DNA of 64,000 nucleotides from Candidatus Parvarchaeum sp. Its GTDB lineage: Archaea; Nanobdellota; Nanobdellia; Pacearchaeales; GW2011-AR1. Both the position numbers and the translations under genes were made by a program. The notes beneath the pieces were generated by a model, which was given only the letters and a program-made list of their open reading frames with translations, did no database searches and was not told where the DNA came from. Positions within the stretch are counted from its first letter, which is position 1. The number at the start of each line of letters is the position of its first letter. Where the stretch lies: assembly GCA_020724955.1 (NCBI GenBank), contig DYFY01000003.1, positions 23,463 through 87,462 of the forward strand, written 5' to 3'. Shown in pieces: positions 53,282 through 61,587 of this stretch.

Positions 53282-55099
53282 ATGAAAAAAACAGGTGTTT
53301 TATTTTTGGCCTTGCTTATTTTAGCAGCCCCTGTTTTTGCGCAATCCAATGAATCAGAAGCAGCCAAGATAGACAAAGCGTATCAATGTCTTGAATCAGG
53401 CTTTGAAGAAAAGACAAACGCCAACATAGCTTTGGAAGAAGCTGTCTTTGGAATTCTCGCTTTAGGCTCAAATCAGAAGCTTGAAAGTGTGTTAAGCGAC
53501 AGGAAAACAGAAAACTGCTGGCCGAAACCATCATGCAACTTAAAGAACACTGCCCAGGGGCTTCTTGCGTATGATTTTTTAGGAAAGGACACGGCTTCCA
53601 TTGAAGAATATCTATTAAAGAGAAACGGAACTTCAACAGACTTGGATTGGTTTCTTCTTATAGACATAACAAACCATGTTCCATCTGCCTGCACAATAAC
53701 TTATGACGGGAGCAAGAAAAACATAAACATTAAAGAGGACATGACTCTGGAGGGAAATCCCGGAAGCTGTCTTTCAATCACTCAATCGGGATTTTGGCTT
53801 CAGATTAGCAAAACCTGTCTTGGGAAAGAATATGTGATATCGTGTGACAAAGACTTCATCACAACATTGCTTTATCAAAAGCCTAATTCAGGGACTATTT
53901 TTGTTTCATCAACAACCCATTCAGCTCCGTCTTCAGGAACAACCTCTGAAAAAGTTAATTCCTTGTGCTTTAAATCAGGAAACAACTGCGACTACGAAGG
54001 AAGTCTGTGGTCTGCAATGGCTCTTAAAAAGCTTGGACATGACACAAACGCTTTTGTACCTTACCTTGCTGCAACAGCAGAAGACAACGCAAAATATTTT
54101 CCGTCAAGTTTTCTCTTTATCTTGACAGGTTCAGACTTGTATTTTGACAGCCTTGTGGATTCCCAAGTCTCCTCGCAATTTTGGCAGGCGGTTGGAACTC
54201 CCTATAATAAGTTTTATGATACTGCTCTCGGAATCCTGGCTTTGCAGGGGAAGTCTGCTGCAGAGTCTCAGAATGCCAAGGACTATTTGTTGCAGGTGCA
54301 GACTCCTCAGGGATGTTGGAACAACAACAATTTAAGAGACACAGCTTTTATACTTTATTCAGCTTGGCCAGAGGCAGTCCCTTTTTCGGGAACAAGTTCA
54401 AACTTTTCAGGAACAAACTCAAAACCCTCATGCACCCTAAATAGCGGATATTGCGGTTCAAGTTTTGCATGTCTCGAAAACGACGGGCTTGTTCTCAGCC
54501 AGTATTCGTGTCCTGCATTTGGAGACGTCTGCTGTTCAGTGTCAGTAGGGGAGCAGCCATGTTCTGAAAAGGGAGGAATAATCTGCACAAGCTCCCAATC
54601 TTGTTCAGGCACAACAGTTTTGTCTTCTGACTCGGGAGTTTGCTGTATCGGAGTTTGCCAGGCTTTGACAGCTTCTCAAAATGCGTGCGAGTTAAACGGA
54701 GGCTCATGTTACTCATCTTGTAACTCACTTGAGGACCAGACTTCAGACTCATGCGACAGCCCATCTCAGGTTTGTTGTGTTCCAAAATCTGATTCAAAAT
54801 CAGACTCAGGAAGTTCGATATGGTTGTGGATTGTTCTGCTTGTAATTTTGATTGCCTTGGTGGTGCTCGGGATTGTATTCAGGCACAAGTTGAGTCTTTT
54901 CTTCTTTAAATTCAGAAACCGCGGAAAGGGCGGCCCAGCAGCCTCAGGACCTAAATTTACTCCTCCAACATCTCCTCGTTATTACCCCAGGCCTTCTGTG
55001 AGAGCCCCATCTCAGCACGGCAGAGCTCCAAGAACCCAGTCAAGAGTTGATAAAGAAATGGAAGAAACTCTCAAAAAATTGAGAGAAATAAGTTCATAG
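53282..55099 (+). CDS. Surface-anchored alpha/alpha-toroid (prenyltransferase/terpene-cyclase-like repeat) protein
   Basis: 605 aa with a signal peptide and repeated helical-hairpin motifs (FGILALG, AQGLLAY, LWSAMALKKLG, ALGILALQG, QTPQGCWNNN..RDTAFILYS). Three Cys-rich stalk modules of the C..GG.C...CC..C type follow, then a TM helix (IWLWIVLLVILIALVVLGIVF) and a Pro/Arg-rich cytoplasmic tail. Confidence 0.55.
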   Translation: MKKTGVLFLALLILAAPVFAQSNESEAAKIDKAYQCLESGFEEKTNANIALEEAVFGILALGSNQKLESVLSDRKTENCWPKPSCNLKNTAQGLLAYDFLGKDTASIEEYLLKRNGTSTDLDWFLLIDITNHVPSACTITYDGSKKNINIKEDMTLEGNPGSCLSITQSGFWLQISKTCLGKEYVISCDKDFITTLLYQKPNSGTIFVSSTTHSAPSSGTTSEKVNSLCFKSGNNCDYEGSLWSAMALKKLGHDTNAFVPYLAATAEDNAKYFPSSFLFILTGSDLYFDSLVDSQVSSQFWQAVGTPYNKFYDTALGILALQGKSAAESQNAKDYLLQVQTPQGCWNNNNLRDTAFILYSAWPEAVPFSGTSSNFSGTNSKPSCTLNSGYCGSSFACLENDGLVLSQYSCPAFGDVCCSVSVGEQPCSEKGGIICTSSQSCSGTTVLSSDSGVCCIGVCQALTASQNACELNGGSCYSSCNSLEDQTSDSCDSPSQVCCVPKSDSKSDSGSSIWLWIVLLVILIALVVLGIVFRHKLSLFFFKFRNRGKGGPAASGPKFTPPTSPRYYPRPSVRAPSQHGRAPRTQSRVDKEMEETLKKLREISS

Positions 55100-55104
55100 T
55101 CTCA

Positions 55105-55175
55105 TAGCAAACAAAATCTGAAATTCCTAAATTTGTCGCTCACCATTTAGGGAAAACTTATGCCCTTACTATAAA
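55105..55175 (+). repeat. Intergenic repeat family, copy C (most diverged)
   Basis: ATAGCAAACAAAATCTGAAATTCCTAAATTTGTCGCTCACCATTTAGGGAAAACTTATGCCCTTACTATAAAC aligns with copies A and B. Confidence 0.6.
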
Positions 55176-55219
55176 CAGGATTTAGCAATCTTTATATAAT
55201 TATTTCTGCTGTTTTCAAC

Positions 55220-56455
55220 ATGAAAAAAATTCCTGTGATTATTTTGATGATTCTGCTCGCTCCTTTGGCAAGTTCTCTCTCGATAGATATCAAACCAGTT
55301 TACCAGCCAGGAGAGACCTTAATAGCAGAACTTTCAGGAAATATCTTGGAGCCGATAGAATTTGAAGACGTAGTTTTCAAAACAGGCTCTCTCGGAAATG
55401 TAAATGTTCCTCTGGAATACGACGTGAAAAAACTCGGAGATTCCTATTTTATTTACGCGGTTCTTCCTTCATCTGTTCAGGAAAATCCAAAAAATTATTC
55501 AATAAACGTTCTGGATGTTTTAACAACGCTCAACGGCGTTCAGCAGAAACTGGATATTCAGCAGAATTTCACCATATCAGGAGAGCTGATTCCATACTCA
55601 ATCAAGCCAGGATTTGTATCTGCTTCTTCGGATTTCGATATAACTTTGATTTCAAACAAAGATTCAAATATAGATATAGAGACCTCTCTTCCCGAGTTTC
55701 CTGTTTTGACGCTGAAGCCGGGAGATAATCTTTTTAGAATAAAAATACAATCTCTGGCAGAAGGAATGAATTCCGTCTCTTTCGGCCAGTATACAATTCC
55801 TGTTTATATAAATAAAATTTCAGCCCCTCCAGACCCCTCGGTTTTGGAGATAAACAAATTTAAAATTTTTCCATCAAGAATAGACAGCATAATTGTTTTT
55901 GGGCACGCCCCGGTTTATCCAATAAGAATAACCAACCCTGGAAATTCAACCATCTCCAATATTGAGCTTATATACAACGAAAATCTTTTTTCTATAACCG
56001 GATTTTCGGGAAATCTGTCGTCAGAGCAGTCTGTAGAGCTTAATATATCTTTGAAGGACAGAGAGGTTTCAAAAAACATATCTGAAGTTTTGATTGTCCG
56101 CTCTCAAGATTTTGAACAGGAAATACCTATAGAAATATTTTTCACATCAGAAGCAGAAAAAGCCACAACTCCTTACCTCACTGATTTTTCAGAATCCAGT
56201 CTTGGAAAGCTTTGCAAGGAGCTGAATGGAAAATTTTGCTCCGCATCGCAGACATGCTCAAAAGATACAATAAACACAATAGACGGAAATAATTGTTGTA
56301 CAGGAGTTTGCGAGTCGCCGGAAGAAACCGATTATTCGTGGATAGGTTGGCTTATAGGAGCTGTAGTGCTTATAGTTTTAGTGATAATCGCAGGGCGTTA
56401 CGTCAAATCAAGGAAATCAATAAACCCTCTGGATAAAAAACTAGGCAAGGCCTAG
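55220..56455 (+). CDS. Surface protein with CARDB-like domains, a Cys-rich stalk module and a C-terminal TM anchor
   Basis: 411 aa with a signal peptide and IRITNPGNSTISNIELIYN. The stalk module is CKELNGKFCSASQTCSKDTINTIDGNNCCTGVCE, followed by a TM helix. Confidence 0.55.
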   Translation: MKKIPVIILMILLAPLASSLSIDIKPVYQPGETLIAELSGNILEPIEFEDVVFKTGSLGNVNVPLEYDVKKLGDSYFIYAVLPSSVQENPKNYSINVLDVLTTLNGVQQKLDIQQNFTISGELIPYSIKPGFVSASSDFDITLISNKDSNIDIETSLPEFPVLTLKPGDNLFRIKIQSLAEGMNSVSFGQYTIPVYINKISAPPDPSVLEINKFKIFPSRIDSIIVFGHAPVYPIRITNPGNSTISNIELIYNENLFSITGFSGNLSSEQSVELNISLKDREVSKNISEVLIVRSQDFEQEIPIEIFFTSEAEKATTPYLTDFSESSLGKLCKELNGKFCSASQTCSKDTINTIDGNNCCTGVCESPEETDYSWIGWLIGAVVLIVLVIIAGRYVKSRKSINPLDKKLGKA

Positions 56456-56964
56456 GGCTTCTTTTTCTGGGTTTTTTTATTTTTTTCCAGGCTTGCAGAA
56501 ACACTATTTTTCTGCTCTTCTGCTATTTCATTCATCAACGACTTAATATCAACCCCTTTTTCCTCCAGCTTCTTAAATACAATTTCTCTTTCAGTGAGCA
56601 CCTTTTTGGCTATTGAATCATACCCATGAAGCCTCCCTGCAAGAATATTCATCAGGTCATTAAGGTCCTCGTTTCTTAATTTGATATTCCTCGGGGAAAC
56701 TATCTCTATGTTGGATGGAAAGTAAGCGAAGATTATTCCAAACAAAGCTCCCAGTGAATCTATTTCGGTTTCAACTTCAGCAAAAGTGGTGAACAGGTCT
56801 TTTGTTTTTTCAACTTTCTTAGGTTTGTGCGCCAGGTGGCTTGTCACTTTCACGCTTTTTTCAGAGTCCAACCTCTGAACTATGGATTTCAGGCTCTCTT
56901 CCACATACTCCTTTGGGCGGCCAAGAATTTCAAAAATAAACCTGGCATTTATCTCTTCTCCCAT
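56452..56964 (-). CDS. Hypothetical protein
   Basis: 170-aa ORF with a Lys-rich C-terminus. I recognise no motif. Confidence 0.4.
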   Translation of the reverse strand: MGEEINARFIFEILGRPKEYVEESLKSIVQRLDSEKSVKVTSHLAHKPKKVEKTKDLFTTFAEVETEIDSLGALFGIIFAYFPSNIEIVSPRNIKLRNEDLNDLMNILAGRLHGYDSIAKKVLTEREIVFKKLEEKGVDIKSLMNEIAEEQKNSVSASLEKNKKTQKKKP

Positions 56965-57000
56965 AACTCTGCTTGGAAAACAAGGGTTTTAAAGATTTGG

Positions 57001-57423
57001 TTAACCTTCGTGTGGGTATAATATATTTTCTTCAGGTATGTCTCCATAATTAACAAGGTCAGCTATAGGTTCATCCGAATCTAAAGGATTTCTATGGTCA
57101 GTTATACCAACAGGAAGACAATAATCGCCTCCCAGCCCATAAACAAGTTCTCCAGTTAATTGCACTTCTGGTAATTGAGAAATGGGAATTTGTCTTCCAG
57201 TTTTTTTTGGTTTAGTCTCCTCTAAAACGATATTAACCAACGTTCTATGAGCAGTAGGGTCCACTATAGCCACATTCCACAACGAGGCTCTGGTTCTTTT
57301 TCTCGGTGCCATGTAAGGAGCAATTTCCCAATAACTAAATCCGCTTCCAATAGGTTGTGTCGGAGCAACAGGAGAGTATTCCAGTTCTAAACCTCTCATT
57401 TCTCTCGGATTTATCGGCTTCAT
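57001..57423 (-). CDS. Hypothetical protein
   Basis: 140-aa ORF. I recognise no motif. Confidence 0.4.
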   Translation of the reverse strand: MKPINPREMRGLELEYSPVAPTQPIGSGFSYWEIAPYMAPRKRTRASLWNVAIVDPTAHRTLVNIVLEETKPKKTGRQIPISQLPEVQLTGELVYGLGGDYCLPVGITDHRNPLDSDEPIADLVNYGDIPEENILYPHEG

Positions 57424-57479
57424 CTGCCAATAAAATAAATCTTTGTTTTTAAACTTTATTGTCGTGTAATTGTTCCGTT

Positions 57480-58157
57480 TTATAATTTCTTCAAAGCGAG
57501 AAGAATAATAATCAAAACAGCCACACCGGCAAAACTATACAGGACTCCGAGCCTGACTTTTTCCTGCTTAGTCATAAAGTCCTCTTTTTCGTTTTCTCCC
57601 TCGTCATATTCTAAGACTATTTTGTCTTTTTCAGGAGCCTTGTTTAAGTTGTCTTGAACCTGCTCAATTTGGTTTTCTCCCTCGGCCTGATTTTTCGGTT
57701 CATTGCTTCTCACCTGCATACTTTGATTATTTTGCGTTTGCTGATTATTGTTTTGTGCGGAGTTCCCTGGGTTGTCTTCGACGATTATGTTGTTGCAGAC
57801 TTCCCCTGCAGGGGCTTTGGAAGAGGATTTGCGTAGTTTAACGCACACTTTAGTTTCCAGGGCTTTATGCGCTATAAGCTTAAACGTTTTCTGCCCCGGA
57901 AAAACCCCCTTTAAATAAAAATAAGGATTTTCCCAACTCCCCTCGCTGAATATCTCAGAATATTCCCTGTTATCGTCGTGGACAAAAGCTTTTACATCAT
58001 AAGTTTCTTTATCATCAAGATTGATGGTTATTTCAAACTCCTCATCAACTTTGATTTTTTCAGGAGAATTAAAAGAAAACTCAATAGCGCTCGTGTTTGC
58101 CGAGAATAACAGGCTAATAGCCATAGCTGTTAAAATAAACAAGCTTTTCTTCGTCAT
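57480..58157 (-). CDS. Secreted, C-terminally anchored protein with a Gln/Asn-rich linker
   Basis: I placed the start at MTKKSLFILTAMAISLLFSANTSA (a signal peptide). The longer track ORF (to 58301) would overlap the nuclease gene by 188 nt. The protein has a QNNNQQTQNNQ linker and a C-terminal TM helix. Confidence 0.45.
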   Translation of the reverse strand: MTKKSLFILTAMAISLLFSANTSAIEFSFNSPEKIKVDEEFEITINLDDKETYDVKAFVHDDNREYSEIFSEGSWENPYFYLKGVFPGQKTFKLIAHKALETKVCVKLRKSSSKAPAGEVCNNIIVEDNPGNSAQNNNQQTQNNQSMQVRSNEPKNQAEGENQIEQVQDNLNKAPEKDKIVLEYDEGENEKEDFMTKQEKVRLGVLYSFAGVAVLIIILLALKKL

Positions 58158-58842
58158 CCCTGATGAAGATGCTGTCTTTGTCATCATTCCAGACATTTCC
58201 TCTGCCCCAGAAAACTTCATCATTGCTGTCCTGCCCACTACCAGAATTAAGCCTGACCTTTTCATAGTGTTTTTTGAAAACATATTTTCTGGTGCTTTCA
58301 TCTTTTATGCTCCACTTTGTAATGTCTGCTCCGCACAAATTCTCTATAATTACATACTCCTCTTTTTTATTGATTTCTACACCCAAGCACCCATAATATT
58401 CTGATTTTTCCCACAATCCAAGCCCTTTATCCCTGGCTTCACTTTCAGCTTTCTTAAAATTTTTTATCTCTTCTTCCTGAACCAAAAAAGCGCGAGCGAG
58501 CCCAAGCTCAACAAGCTCTAAATTAACGTATGAGGGAGAGAACATCCTCCCAAGAATTCTTCCATATCTGTCTGTTCCTGATACTTCAAGTTCTATAGTT
58601 TTATTCTCAAAATTTTTCAGGAATCCAACAGCCTCATCAGACATAAATTCTCCGCTTTCAGGAGTATCTACGTTAAGCATTCTTATCTTTCTCCCATCAT
58701 CAAGCTCAATAGTGTCTCCGTCTATGACTCTTGCAACCACAACACTCTCTCTTTTAATATCAAACTCATAAAAGAAAAGATAATTGCCGGCAATTATTCC
58801 TGTAATGAGAAGAGCAACAATTATTGCATATCTTTTTTCCAT
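58114..58842 (-). CDS. Membrane-anchored thermonuclease (SNase) fused to a lamin-tail (LTD) domain
   Basis: 242 aa with an N-terminal TM helix. SNase motifs are VIDGDTIELDDGRKIRMLNVDTPE, YGRILG and GLW. The C-terminal part (EYVIIENLCGADITKWSIKDES...VWNDDKDSIFIRD) is LTD-like. Confidence 0.75.
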   Translation of the reverse strand: MEKRYAIIVALLITGIIAGNYLFFYEFDIKRESVVVARVIDGDTIELDDGRKIRMLNVDTPESGEFMSDEAVGFLKNFENKTIELEVSGTDRYGRILGRMFSPSYVNLELVELGLARAFLVQEEEIKNFKKAESEARDKGLGLWEKSEYYGCLGVEINKKEEYVIIENLCGADITKWSIKDESTRKYVFKKHYEKVRLNSGSGQDSNDEVFWGRGNVWNDDKDSIFIRDDEEKLVYFNSYGY

Positions 58843-59297
58843 TTCAGCATGTCTCCTTCTTCCAATCCTAATTCTCGCGCTTTCCCAGCATTAATCTCAA
58901 GCACGTATTTCGCTTCCTTGTCTGGCTTAAAAATCTCGCACTCTCTATCGGAAAAACAGGGAGTTGCATTTTCTTTGATGGATACAATCTGCAATTCTTC
59001 GTCAAGCCAGATGATGTCAAGAGGGATAAAAGTGTCCTTCATCCAGAATGTATGCTTTCCCGGGCTGTCGAAAACAAAAAACATTCCGGAATCTTCAGCT
59101 AGGCTTTCCCGAAACATAAGCCCAAGCGCTCTTTTCTCTTCCGTATCAACAACCTCAAGACTAAAGCAATTAACTCCAGAACAAATTTCCTCTTTGCGAT
59201 TCCCTCCTTTCTCAAAGATAATTATTCCAATTAACAATAAGGCAATTACAACCAAACTAAATGTCTGCAATTTCTTTTTCATTTTCCAAGCATTCAT
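58821..59297 (-). CDS. DUF192-family protein
   Basis: 158 aa with an N-terminal TM helix. The motifs GLMFRESL...GMFFVF....HTFWMKDTFIPLDIIWLD...YVLEINAG are typical of DUF192. Confidence 0.7.
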   Translation of the reverse strand: MNAWKMKKKLQTFSLVVIALLLIGIIIFEKGGNRKEEICSGVNCFSLEVVDTEEKRALGLMFRESLAEDSGMFFVFDSPGKHTFWMKDTFIPLDIIWLDEELQIVSIKENATPCFSDRECEIFKPDKEAKYVLEINAGKARELGLEEGDMLKWKKDMQ

Positions 59298-59736
59298 AAA
59301 ATTTTTTCAGGTTAGAGTGCGTAAGAACAATAGTTGAGGTGTTTATGTTGGGGTGAAATCCGGTTTTTTCCGCATTCCACACATCCTCAGTTAAAATAAG
59401 CTTAACTTCAGGATTGTTTATCGCTCCGAATATACTGACGCTTCCGGGAATAAGAGCGATTTTTTCCCTTAGCTCTTCGGCGGTTCCAAAATGCAGTTTT
59501 CTAACTCTCAAATAAGCTCTTAGTTTTTTAGTGTCGAGCATTTTATCAGCTTTCATGCCAACAAGATAAAATTTTTTATTGTTGTCTCTTAGAAAAAGAG
59601 TTTTGCAGTGCAGTCCGGGAATTTCTTTTTTCAGTTTTCTGGAGTCAGAAACCCTAAAAACAGGCTTATGTCTGAACTCTTCATATTCGACGCCGATTTT
59701 TTCCAGATATTTTTTTAACTTCGAGTCCATTTTCAT
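59257..59736 (-). CDS. YbaK/ProX-type aminoacyl-tRNA editing (deacylase) domain protein
   Basis: 159 aa with HCKTLFLRD...FYLVGMKADKMLDTKKL...GSVSIFG motifs. Confidence 0.7.
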   Translation of the reverse strand: MKMDSKLKKYLEKIGVEYEEFRHKPVFRVSDSRKLKKEIPGLHCKTLFLRDNNKKFYLVGMKADKMLDTKKLRAYLRVRKLHFGTAEELREKIALIPGSVSIFGAINNPEVKLILTEDVWNAEKTGFHPNINTSTIVLTHSNLKKFYECLENEKEIADI

Positions 59737-59799
59737 ACAACTTTCAGGAGATATAAAAACCTTTATAATATTTTGATCCTCCTTTCTTATAGGAGAAAA

Positions 59800-60033
59800 A
59801 TGCCTGTAACAGTTTACTCAACCAAAACATGCCCTTGGTGCAAAAAAACAAAGGAATTTCTTAGAGAGCATAAAGTCAAATTTAAGAGCATTGATGTAGG
59901 TTCAAACGAAAAAGCAGCCCGGACAATGATAAAAAAATCAGGGCAGACAGGAGTTCCAGTCACAGACGTAAACGGCACAATTATAGTAGGTTTTGATGAG
60001 GCAAAGCTGAAAAAAGCTCTCAGAGGTTTATAA
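59800..60033 (+). CDS. Glutaredoxin-like protein
   Basis: MPVTVYSTKTCPWCKKTKEFL has a CPWC active site, and AGGAG lies 5 nt upstream of the ATG at 59800. The track ORF starts at 59773. Confidence 0.8.
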   Translation: MPVTVYSTKTCPWCKKTKEFLREHKVKFKSIDVGSNEKAARTMIKKSGQTGVPVTDVNGTIIVGFDEAKLKKALRGL

Positions 60034-60263
60034 TTTTTTAATGTGTTAAACTTCTGGGAGGGACTGCCCTGATTAATGTAACGAAAAAAAGAGATTAAAA
60101 ATATGCAAAAAAGAGTAAAATGGAATAAGGAGTTGATAATCTTCTTTATCGTCAGTGATTTTAATTGATTCAAGCTTTTTAATTGCCCTGAACGCCGAGA
60201 AGCCAGACTCATGGCCAGGCTGTCAAAACACAATAACCAACAATTTATAAACTAAATTATTTT

Positions 60264-61232
60264 TTGATTAAAATGCTTAAAAAGAATTACGATTTTATAA
60301 TCATCGGAGCAGGCGGAACTGGATTGGCTGCTGCGATGTATGCCGCACGTTTGGGTCTGAAAACTCTTTGTCTTGGAGCGTCTCATGGTTCAGAGATCCC
60401 GATAGGAGGGGTTATAACAACAACAAATATAGTTGAAAACTACCCCGGATTCAAAAAAATTTCAGGTCCTGAAATAGCCGATAAAATAAAAGAGCATGCC
60501 GAGTCTTACGACTTAGTTACAATCAAAGAAGAAAAGGCAACTGAAATATCAAAGCATAAGAATTATTTCAGCGTTAAAACCTCTGCCGAAACTTACCACG
60601 GGAAGACAATACTTTTTGCGACAGGCACAAAATGGAGAAAACTTCCGGAAGAAATAAAAGGCTCAAGAGAATTTGAACACAAAGGAATAAATTATTGCGC
60701 TTTGTGCGACGGGCCTCTTTACAAAAATAAAATAGTCGCTGTCATCGGAGGCTCGGATTCAGCAGCAAAAGACGCACTTTTGCTGGCAGAGCATGCAAAA
60801 AAAGTTTACATAATATACCGCGGAGAAAAAATTAGGCCGGAACCCATCAACGCCGAAAGAGTGAAAAAAAACAGCAAAATAGAAGTAATAACCAATACTA
60901 ACTTGAAGGAAATTCGTGGAAAAGAATTTGTTGAGGCTGTTGTTCTTGATAAGCCATACAAGGGCTCAACCGAGCTGAATCTTGACGGAGTTTTTGTCGC
61001 AATAGGGCATATCGTCCTGACAGAGCTGGCAAAAAAGCTTGGAGTCAAAACAAACAAAAAAGAGGAAATCGTAATAGACCATAAAGATTCTTCAACAAAT
61101 ATTCCTGGAGTTTTCGCAGCAGGAGACTGCGCAGACAAGCCATTTAAGCAGTTGATTACAGGAGTTGCAGAAGGTTGCACAGCAGCGTATTCTGCTTATA
61201 CTTTCATCACAGAAAACGGAATAGAAGGCTGA
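60264..61232 (+). CDS. trxB: Thioredoxin-disulfide reductase
   Basis: 322 aa with FAD-binding DFIIIGAGGTGLAAAMYAAR, the redox CALCDG, and the second Rossmann motif VIGGSDSAAKDA. Confidence 0.85.
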   Translation: MIKMLKKNYDFIIIGAGGTGLAAAMYAARLGLKTLCLGASHGSEIPIGGVITTTNIVENYPGFKKISGPEIADKIKEHAESYDLVTIKEEKATEISKHKNYFSVKTSAETYHGKTILFATGTKWRKLPEEIKGSREFEHKGINYCALCDGPLYKNKIVAVIGGSDSAAKDALLLAEHAKKVYIIYRGEKIRPEPINAERVKKNSKIEVITNTNLKEIRGKEFVEAVVLDKPYKGSTELNLDGVFVAIGHIVLTELAKKLGVKTNKKEEIVIDHKDSSTNIPGVFAAGDCADKPFKQLITGVAEGCTAAYSAYTFITENGIEG

Positions 61233-61239
61233 AATTCAT

Positions 61240-61587
61240 TTAGTTTCCGGTAATCTCGCTACAATAATCTTCTCCTTCTTTAACTTTCTTCTTTTTGCAT
61301 ATTTTACCATCAGGACAGAAATATCTATTCCAAAATTCTCCGTTGCAGTAACATACAGAGCTGGCATCTTTTTCAGGGCACACTACCCATCCCTCCCATG
61401 CTTTAGGGCATCTATATTTAGGGTCATTTTTAGACGGGCAGTCACGATAAATTTCCGAATTTAATATGGTTTCTTTTAGGGCTTCTTCAGGCGTTACGGG
61501 ACTAAATCTAATCTCTGTCAGCAGAAAAATTCCTGCTAACAAAACAAGAACAAAAACTGCAACAAGCACTTTATCTTCCTTGCCCAT
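61240..61587 (-). CDS. Small N-terminally anchored Cys-rich protein
   Basis: I placed the start at MGKEDKVLVAVFVLVLLAGIFLL; the track ORF starts at 61674. The ectodomain has about 9 Cys by eye. Confidence 0.45.
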   Translation of the reverse strand: MGKEDKVLVAVFVLVLLAGIFLLTEIRFSPVTPEEALKETILNSEIYRDCPSKNDPKYRCPKAWEGWVVCPEKDASSVCYCNGEFWNRYFCPDGKICKKKKVKEGEDYCSEITGN

